Assembly: GCA_903916665.1 (NCBI GenBank)
Contig: CAIWXP010000146.1
Span: 1-15,214, forward strand
From: Candidatus Iainarchaeum sp.
Lineage (GTDB): Archaea > Iainarchaeota > Iainarchaeia > Iainarchaeales > 0-14-0-20-30-16
Direction: 5' to 3'
DNA length: 15,214 bases
Made by a program: the position numbers and the translations under genes. A model generated the notes under the pieces. It was given only the letters and a program-made list of their open reading frames with translations, was not told the DNA's origin and did no database searches. Positions within the stretch are counted from its first letter, which is position 1, and the number at the start of each line of letters is the position of its first letter. Positions 6,629 to 13,210 of the stretch are shown piece after piece.

Positions 6629-9600
6629 ATGCCAGTATTAGCTGAAAAACCAAAACCTTTAGCAAACAACAAATTTAGAGAAATGAAAGAAGTTCATAGT
6701 GCCAAAGGTAGAGAAGTAGCATATAAAAGATTATATAACATTGATAATCCTAAATTTGCAGATGTTTTCGGCAAGGCATTGGAAGAAACTCAAATCCCTC
6801 AAAGAAGTTTAATGATATTAAATGCTAATCTGGATAAAAATCAAAGACTGGATATGTTAAGAAAAGAAATCCTAGATAATTTATATGTAACTGCTAATTT
6901 TCAAGTTAAGGAAATGTCTCCCAAAGATAGGGAAAGAACATTTCGTTTTATTTTAAGTGTTATTGTTAGAAATTTAAGAATTAAAGGACAATTAACTATT
7001 AATCCATTTACAGGTAAACCATTACCTCCAATTGGACCAAATCCTACACCTTCAGCACCGCAAGGAAATCCTCAAGGACCTGCACAAAGATCTACCGGAC
7101 CAACTCCTTCTGTTACTTCAACAAGACCAGTAGCACCAACTCCTGGTGTACCTAGTTCTAGAGCAAGACCCGCACCTTCGCAAGTTGCTCCTACTCCTTC
7201 TGGACCTTCGAGACCAGAAACTAGAAGACCTGAAGAAATTGTTAGACCCACTGAACCAAGTATGGCCGATGCTCAAAGAGAAGTTATTAATGTTTTAAGA
7301 GCAAGAACAAAACAAGCAGAAATTGATGAATCCTATAGACAAAGACAAGCTGAGCAAGATGAATTAAAAAGAAGACAAGAAGAAGAAGCTTGGAATAGAA
7401 AAAATGCACAGGATAATCAAAATAAAGAAACATTAAGATTACAAGAAGACAGAGAGAAAAAACTATTTACAAAATCAAGAATAAATATTGCTGAAATTTT
7501 TAATGATTATGAAAAACATTTGGATTTTATGATAAGTATTGGACAAATGACTGAAAAAAGAAAACAAGAATTATTAAACACTTTACAAAGACAAATACCT
7601 AGATTAGGTGCAGAAAAAGCAAGAAATATGATTACTAAAATTTTAGAAAATGACAGAACAAGAATGACTCCTCAACAAAGACAACAAGAAGTTAATGAAA
7701 GACCAACACCGGGACCTGTTACTGCTCCTAGTCAACCAATTGTAAATATTGGTGCAGATAGAATAGGAGCAGAACCAATAGCAACTATATCAACAACACC
7801 GTCTAAAGGAATTGGCGCAGATAGAATTGGTGTTACTCCCGTAAGATCTAGTGAAAGAGGATCAGTTGCAATAACTGCTCAAGAAGAAGCAGCTAAATCT
7901 GCAAGAGTTGCTTTAACCGCAGAAAGACAAAAATTAGCAAATACTTTAGCAGCAAGACAAGCAGCATTGAGTAGAGATGGTAGTGTAAAAATAACAGAAA
8001 GAGATGCAGTAGCAAGAGCTGCTAGGGAAGCACAAGCCCCTAGTGTAGCACCTAGACCTTCTGAAGATAGAAGTGTTGGAATAACTGCAAAAGAAGAAAA
8101 AGCAAGAGCTGCAAAAGAATTAGAATTGCAAAAAGCAAAAGAAGAAGCAGCTAGAATTGCAGAAGCAGGAAGAAGAGAACATGAAATTGTTACCTATAGT
8201 TTATTGGCAAATGAATTAAGTAGAATTAGAAATACATTGGATATTTCTGATGTTAAAACAGCACAGGATTTAGAAGCTAAATTAAAATTGGGACAATTAA
8301 AAATGGACATTAGAATGGTTCACAATATGATTGCAGAAAATATAGATGTAATGAAACAACCTGAAATTGATAATTACACTAAGCAATTATATGATGCAGA
8401 AGATTTATTATATAATTTAAAAAGATTTGAAGAAAATATTGATAAATTCTCACCACAGAGTACTCAAGAATTATTATTTTGGTTAAAAACAGATGTGGAT
8501 AGAAATTGGTTAGGTAATTATATTACATTTGTAATTAATGGTGAAAAAGGAATAAGACCTTTGCCCGACTTTTTTGAAAAAATTGGTGGCGATGCAAAGG
8601 ATTGGGGAATATTAAATAAATATGCTAACGACCATGACATTGTTGGAGAACAAAGAGTTAAATTTTTATTTGATTGGCAAGATGAAACACCAGAAAACCT
8701 AAGGAGTTTTATAGAAGATTTTTCTCCAGAAACACCAGAATCATTGGAAATGCCAAATCCTGTTCCTTTAGATGTATTACCAGAACCAGAAGTTCAATAT
8801 GAAGATCCAGAACTAGAAAGAATCAGAAAAGATAACGATAGAAGAAGAGATATGCTAGATTTAATTGAACGAGAATCTGATGTTTTGGGTACAGTGTTTA
8901 TGCCAACCAATATGTCTGAATTTGATCTACAAGCAGATAAATTAGCAAGTGATAGAGTTGCACAATTAAAAGAAAATATACAAAAACAATTAAAAGAATC
9001 TAGAGCAAATAAAAGTGCAGAAGATGAAAAATTAGAACCTTTAAGAAAGCAAATTAAAAAAGATTATAATGTATTACAAAATATTGTTAGATTAGTTTCT
9101 TTATTAAATCCAGAAAGAAGAAAAGAATATTATGATGCATTGGATAAAATAATGAGAGATACAAAATCTTCAGATTTAGAAACAAATGTTGCGGCTCATA
9201 GAACTGCTATTATTGTATTTAAAAGTTTTTTAGAAACTGCAATAGACAAATTAATTTTTGAATATGGCGACTATGAAAAAGTAATTAAAGAAAATAAAAA
9301 GACACCTTTAGAATGGGTTACAAATTCATTGGAATCAATAAAATCAAGATTAGCAGAATTACCAGAATATAAAGATGTTTTACCAAAAATTGAACAGGCA
9401 TTACAAGCAAAACATAATTATGTAAGTTTAAGAACCGCAAAAAGAATAACTCACGATATAGAAACATTAACAACAATGGATCTAAGAGATGTTGAAACTG
9501 TTTTTGCATTAAGATCAAGATACAGATTTCAACAAATGGAAGATAGATTATTAGAATTTGATAGGTTATTAGCTGATTTAACAGTAAATGGAAATTTATC

Positions 9601-12600
9601 TTATCAAAATACATTAGAATTATTAGATGCACAACTATCTCCAAATAGATTCCATAAAGCAATGAAAATCATTTTTGATAATCCTATGTTATTTAATTCT
9701 AAAATAAATGAATTATTAACTATTTTAAAAACTAGCTACACTTCAACTAGTGGAATAGACGCAAAAACAAGAGAGGTAGATTTATTAGAAGAATTTGTTA
9801 ATACAACATTACAAGCAAATCAAAGAAAGACATTACCAGCACCAGGCTATTCAACAATTACAAATGAAGATATTGCAAAGGATGTTGCCCAAATGTTAAT
9901 TGATTTAAGAAATAAAAGTGCAAGAACAAGATATGAAGCAGGATTAGTATTACAAGCAGATATTGATGCTAGAGATGCTAAAAGACAAGCACAACAAGCA
10001 AGATTAGCTGGAAAAGAAACACCAGAAGAAACATTAAGATTAGATAGAATTGCAAGAAGACAGGCAAGATCAAATAAAAGAATTAATGATCCAAAAGTTC
10101 AAGCAAGAATTGCACAACAAGGTAAAAGAACAAAGGTAAGAGGAGAAGTATTAGAACTAGATGGTAATGATAGTTCTCATTCAGCAATAGCAGAAGAAGA
10201 ACCAGTTGTATTAAAAGATCCAAATCAAACAGAATTTGATTTTAATAATGATGTAAATGCAAAAATAGGTCCAACAAGACTTGCAAAAACAGAAGCAGTA
10301 ATTAGTGAATTACAAATTCAAGAATCTTTTAGCTATGAAAAAATACCTGCAAAACAAGAAGAACAAGAAAAAAGAAAAATTAATAAAGCATTAAGTAGAA
10401 TAAGTAAAAAATATGGAATGGATATTAATGCTGCAAATTTAGAAAGAATTGTTATTAGAATAGATGGTATTGTTAAAATTGGAGATTTTACATTAAAACC
10501 AATTGCAAATATTAGCGATGGAGTATATGTTGAAGAAACTAGTGCTGATGGCAGTAAAAAAATGGTAAAATTAAAATCTAATCAATTAGGAGTTTATTCA
10601 ACCAATAGATTATTTACCTATAATATTGGTACTTTATATGATTCGATTTCAGTTAGAAATCATGGTAAACAATTTGTAGAAAATCTATTAGGTTTATTAA
10701 TACCTCAAAAAGATGGATCTATGGTTGTTTATAGACCCAAAAAACAATATTTAGAAAGAAAAAAAAAAGATGAATCTTCAAGGATAGCAGCATCTACAGA
10801 ATTACCAAAAGGTCAAGTTGATTTATTTGGTGGTAATTCAGAATCAGTTCCTGAAAGAGATGCTAACGAATCAGAAATAAATGAAAATACAGAAGGTCAA
10901 TTAGATTTATTTACAGAACAACAAAAAAAAGATGAAACTGAAAAATCCTATGGCGAAAGATTAGCACAACAAGAAGTACAAAAAATAAGAACTGAAGAAG
11001 AAATGTATAGACAAAGAGATGCTGATGAATTATTAGATCAAACTGAATTAAAATCTTTAGAGCAAGAAGAAGCTGCAGAAGTACAACAACAAGCAGCATA
11101 CAGAACAGCAGCAGGTCAAAGAGATGAAATAAATAGACAAAGAGCAGTTTTTCCTAGCACAGACTATGCAGGACCCGTAACTCAAGGAAAAGAATTAGCA
11201 AAATATGTTGACAAAAAAACATTATTATTAGATAAACTTTCAAAAGCACCAACTATTTTTAATACATTAAAAAATACATTAGAAAATACTACCCCTGAAT
11301 TAGCAAGAAATCCAGAGATAAATCCAATTATTGAAGGAGAAGTATTAAACAATCAATTTGTTATACCTGCAAACGTTCTAGGCCCTAATACAATAGGTTT
11401 TCCCAAAAATCATTTGGTAATTTTAGGACGAAATAATTATACTGTTATTGATTCTTTTGGAAAAGTAGAAACATTTAATCTAGATAAACCTTTGGTTAGA
11501 GATATATCAAGATACAATGGAATATTTATGTTAACCGATGAAGGATTGGTTTGTTGGAGATTGAGTAAATACAATAATAAAATAACAAAAATTAATTCAG
11601 AAGACCCAAATTCTGGTTCTGAAAAAGCATTAACAAGAGAAGCAATTGAAGCAGCAAGACCAAAGGAAATTATAACACCTTTACAAATATTAGAAGATCC
11701 TAGAGCACAAATATTTGCAGCCATAGATAGATTACCCACTGAATTGAAAGATGCTATAAATCTTAGAATTGGAACATTATCAGAAGAAGAAAGAAAACCT
11801 AAATTAATTATGGATCCTTTAGTTTTAAATGATTTAATAGAATTAAGAAAAGAGCCTTCGGCTTTAAGAGAAGACGGAAATACATTGGGAAATAATTATT
11901 ATATTCCTGCAGGTTTATTAACACAGGAACCAATAAATATTTTTGAAAACCATTTATATGTTATTGGAAGAAATAAATTAACAATAGTGAAACCAGATGG
12001 AAAAATTGAAATTGTTAATTATCCTCGATTACCAGAAAATGTATCTGGCGAACAGGGTGCATTTATGTTAACAAGTAAAGGATTTGTATCTTGGAATTTT
12101 GGTTTAAATAAAAATGTAAAATTTGATTTAGAATTAAGATCTAAGCAAATGGATTTACCTGTAGATGCACAATTAGCCTATGACGATATTTTTAAAACGG
12201 CTAAAAGAAAAGGATTAACAAAAACAGCAAATAAATCAGCAATAGAAGCTAAAAAACAAGGATTATTAGATACAAAACAAATAAGAAGTATATTACAAGC
12301 AGAATTTCAAGATAGATCTAGAGTTGCAAAATATTTAGATGATGATTTTGCTAGTAATACAACAAGAACTGTTTTAAGAACAAATGTAAAAGGTTCTGCT
12401 ACATTTAATATGAATGGTTATCAATTAACAGTAACTGATAATGGAATAACTGTCGATGATTTTATGGGCACACACATAATAAACAACCTCACATTAAATG
12501 AAGGCCAAACATTGGTTGCTAACGGAAAAATAAAACTATATACTGAAAGAGCATTTGGTGCTTTTGAAACAAGTAGATTTGTAGGAACTGCAATAGCCGT

Positions 12601-12658
12601 ACCTAAATTTTATATAACTAGATTTGGAGATCGTTTGGTAATACATACATTACCCTAA
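6629..12658 (+). CDS. Giant hypothetical protein (2009 aa). It has an N-terminal globular domain, a P/S/T-rich spacer, charged coiled-coil/Ala-rich repeats, a long helical middle and a duplicated beta-rich C-terminal module. No recognisable enzymatic motif, signal peptide or TM helix.
   Basis: ATG with a GGAGG 7 nt upstream. The frame is open for 6 kb in AT-rich DNA, and all overlapping ORFs are short antisense artefacts. Stop TAA at 12656-12658 is followed by an oligo-T tract. Confidence 0.9.
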   Translation: MPVLAEKPKPLANNKFREMKEVHSAKGREVAYKRLYNIDNPKFADVFGKALEETQIPQRSLMILNANLDKNQRLDMLRKEILDNLYVTANFQVKEMSPKDRERTFRFILSVIVRNLRIKGQLTINPFTGKPLPPIGPNPTPSAPQGNPQGPAQRSTGPTPSVTSTRPVAPTPGVPSSRARPAPSQVAPTPSGPSRPETRRPEEIVRPTEPSMADAQREVINVLRARTKQAEIDESYRQRQAEQDELKRRQEEEAWNRKNAQDNQNKETLRLQEDREKKLFTKSRINIAEIFNDYEKHLDFMISIGQMTEKRKQELLNTLQRQIPRLGAEKARNMITKILENDRTRMTPQQRQQEVNERPTPGPVTAPSQPIVNIGADRIGAEPIATISTTPSKGIGADRIGVTPVRSSERGSVAITAQEEAAKSARVALTAERQKLANTLAARQAALSRDGSVKITERDAVARAAREAQAPSVAPRPSEDRSVGITAKEEKARAAKELELQKAKEEAARIAEAGRREHEIVTYSLLANELSRIRNTLDISDVKTAQDLEAKLKLGQLKMDIRMVHNMIAENIDVMKQPEIDNYTKQLYDAEDLLYNLKRFEENIDKFSPQSTQELLFWLKTDVDRNWLGNYITFVINGEKGIRPLPDFFEKIGGDAKDWGILNKYANDHDIVGEQRVKFLFDWQDETPENLRSFIEDFSPETPESLEMPNPVPLDVLPEPEVQYEDPELERIRKDNDRRRDMLDLIERESDVLGTVFMPTNMSEFDLQADKLASDRVAQLKENIQKQLKESRANKSAEDEKLEPLRKQIKKDYNVLQNIVRLVSLLNPERRKEYYDALDKIMRDTKSSDLETNVAAHRTAIIVFKSFLETAIDKLIFEYGDYEKVIKENKKTPLEWVTNSLESIKSRLAELPEYKDVLPKIEQALQAKHNYVSLRTAKRITHDIETLTTMDLRDVETVFALRSRYRFQQMEDRLLEFDRLLADLTVNGNLSYQNTLELLDAQLSPNRFHKAMKIIFDNPMLFNSKINELLTILKTSYTSTSGIDAKTREVDLLEEFVNTTLQANQRKTLPAPGYSTITNEDIAKDVAQMLIDLRNKSARTRYEAGLVLQADIDARDAKRQAQQARLAGKETPEETLRLDRIARRQARSNKRINDPKVQARIAQQGKRTKVRGEVLELDGNDSSHSAIAEEEPVVLKDPNQTEFDFNNDVNAKIGPTRLAKTEAVISELQIQESFSYEKIPAKQEEQEKRKINKALSRISKKYGMDINAANLERIVIRIDGIVKIGDFTLKPIANISDGVYVEETSADGSKKMVKLKSNQLGVYSTNRLFTYNIGTLYDSISVRNHGKQFVENLLGLLIPQKDGSMVVYRPKKQYLERKKKDESSRIAASTELPKGQVDLFGGNSESVPERDANESEINENTEGQLDLFTEQQKKDETEKSYGERLAQQEVQKIRTEEEMYRQRDADELLDQTELKSLEQEEAAEVQQQAAYRTAAGQRDEINRQRAVFPSTDYAGPVTQGKELAKYVDKKTLLLDKLSKAPTIFNTLKNTLENTTPELARNPEINPIIEGEVLNNQFVIPANVLGPNTIGFPKNHLVILGRNNYTVIDSFGKVETFNLDKPLVRDISRYNGIFMLTDEGLVCWRLSKYNNKITKINSEDPNSGSEKALTREAIEAARPKEIITPLQILEDPRAQIFAAIDRLPTELKDAINLRIGTLSEEERKPKLIMDPLVLNDLIELRKEPSALREDGNTLGNNYYIPAGLLTQEPINIFENHLYVIGRNKLTIVKPDGKIEIVNYPRLPENVSGEQGAFMLTSKGFVSWNFGLNKNVKFDLELRSKQMDLPVDAQLAYDDIFKTAKRKGLTKTANKSAIEAKKQGLLDTKQIRSILQAEFQDRSRVAKYLDDDFASNTTRTVLRTNVKGSATFNMNGYQLTVTDNGITVDDFMGTHIINNLTLNEGQTLVANGKIKLYTERAFGAFETSRFVGTAIAVPKFYITRFGDRLVIHTLP
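11351..11584 (+). repeat. C-terminal module copy 1 of giant protein 2 (NQFVIPANVLGPNTIGFPKNHLVILGRNNYTVIDSFGKVETF...GIFMLTDEGLVCW)
   Basis: It aligns by eye with copy 2 at 11891-12118: IPA, NHL, GRN, T[VI][IV], GK[VI]E and G.FMLT..G.V.W occur in the same order and spacing. Confidence 0.7.
11891..12118 (+). repeat. C-terminal module copy 2 of giant protein 2 (NNYYIPAGLLTQEPINIFENHLYVIGRNKLTIVKPDGKIEIV...GAFMLTSKGFVSW)
   Basis: See copy 1; the two copies start 180 codons apart. A degenerate third copy starts near 12401 (NGYQLTVTDNGITVDDFMGTHII...). Confidence 0.7.
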
Positions 12659-12659
12659 A

Positions 12660-12675
12660 TCTTTTTCTTTTTTTA
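12660..12675 (+). terminator. Oligo-T tract (tcTTTTTcTTTTTTT) immediately after the giant gene 2 stop, in a 24-nt convergent gap
   Basis: T5 and T7 runs begin 4 nt after TAA. This fits an archaeal oligo-T terminator. I could not find a convincing stem-loop. Confidence 0.4.
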
Positions 12676-12682
12676 AACTATT

Positions 12683-12958
12683 TTAAATTAAAACTAGAAT
12701 TAAAAATATAATAAAACAAATTATTGCAAAGGTTCTGTGATAGTAGGCTATTAAACTTAATAGTGGTGGAACTAAAAGCAATAAAATTGCTTCTTGCTTT
12801 AATATAATATGCATTGCAATATAGTAACCAAACAGACTACCCAATGCAAATATCATGAAAATAACGGCGACTAATAAAGATATTGATTTACCAACATATA
12901 ACCAAATTTTATCAAATAATTTTTCAAAAGGGGTACCTATAGTTTTCCAATCAACCAT
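12683..12958 (-). CDS. Small integral membrane protein (91 aa, about 3 TM helices)
   Basis: ATG is preceded by GGTGAG (12964-12969) with a 5-nt spacer. Three hydrophobic stretches are visible: SISLLVAVIFMIFALGSLFGYYIAM, AILLLLVPPLLSLIAYY and FAIICFIIFLILVLI. It is the last gene of a tightly spaced minus-strand cluster. Confidence 0.6.
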   Translation of the reverse strand: MVDWKTIGTPFEKLFDKIWLYVGKSISLLVAVIFMIFALGSLFGYYIAMHIILKQEAILLLLVPPLLSLIAYYHRTFAIICFIIFLILVLI

Positions 12959-12963
12959 AAAAT

Positions 12964-12969
12964 CTCACC
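12964..12969 (-). promoter_or_regulatory. Shine-Dalgarno-like GGTGAG for the 91-aa membrane protein gene
   Basis: The minus strand reads TAATTGGTGAGATTTTATG. GGTGA is complementary to the conserved ...UCACC... near the 16S rRNA 3' end. The spacer is 5 nt. It lies in the 18-nt gap after the 69-aa gene stop. Confidence 0.45.
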
Positions 12970-12976
12970 AATTAAA

Positions 12977-13186
12977 TTATATCATTTTTTTTGCCATCTT
13001 CTTTGCTTTTCTAAAACAACCTGTATGCCACATTTGACCTAACCATTTCCTATCGGGATTATCACCCTGGCAAAAAGCACATTTTTCTCCTGATGCTTTT
13101 GAATTTTCCTGAGCAATAACCTCTGGTGTTTGTTCTTCTTTACCTACTTTAGGAATTAATTTCTTTAAAAAATCTTTCATTGTCAT
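12977..13186 (-). CDS. Small zinc-finger protein (69 aa), C36-x2-C39-x14-H54-x2-C57, with a Lys-rich tail
   Basis: ATG start. KCAFCQGDNPDRKWLGQMWHTGCFRKAKKMAKKMI provides four metal ligands. It lies 24 nt downstream of the 546-aa gene and 18 nt upstream of the 91-aa gene on the same strand. Confidence 0.65.
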   Translation of the reverse strand: MTMKDFLKKLIPKVGKEEQTPEVIAQENSKASGEKCAFCQGDNPDRKWLGQMWHTGCFRKAKKMAKKMI

Positions 13187-13210
13187 TTAATCGCCCTATA
13201 TTAAATTAAT

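Noticed and set aside
6629-6730. Secretion signal on the giant proteins, which would make them surface adhesins
   Set aside because: The N-terminus MPVLAEKPKPLANNKFREMKEVH is charged and lacks a hydrophobic core, and no TM-length hydrophobic stretch was seen anywhere in either giant. A non-classical export route cannot be excluded from sequence.
9318-9662. 114-aa minus-strand ORF inside giant gene 2
   Set aside because: It is an antisense artefact with I/L/F/Y-rich low complexity, fully embedded in the 6-kb ORF.
10911-11099. 62-aa minus-strand ORF inside giant gene 2
   Set aside because: It lies antisense to a Q/E-rich segment, and its L/V/F-only composition marks it as an artefact.
11437-11739. 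100-aa minus-strand ORF inside giant gene 2
   Set aside because: It lies antisense to the conserved duplicated C-terminal module, whose sense-frame internal repeat supports the plus-strand reading.
12855-13037. 60-aa plus-strand ORF spanning the junction of the 91-aa and 69-aa minus-strand genes
   Set aside because: It overlaps two minus-strand genes that have ATG starts and better features: TM helices, a zinc-ligand pattern and an SD-like site for the 91-aa gene. Its own translation is featureless.
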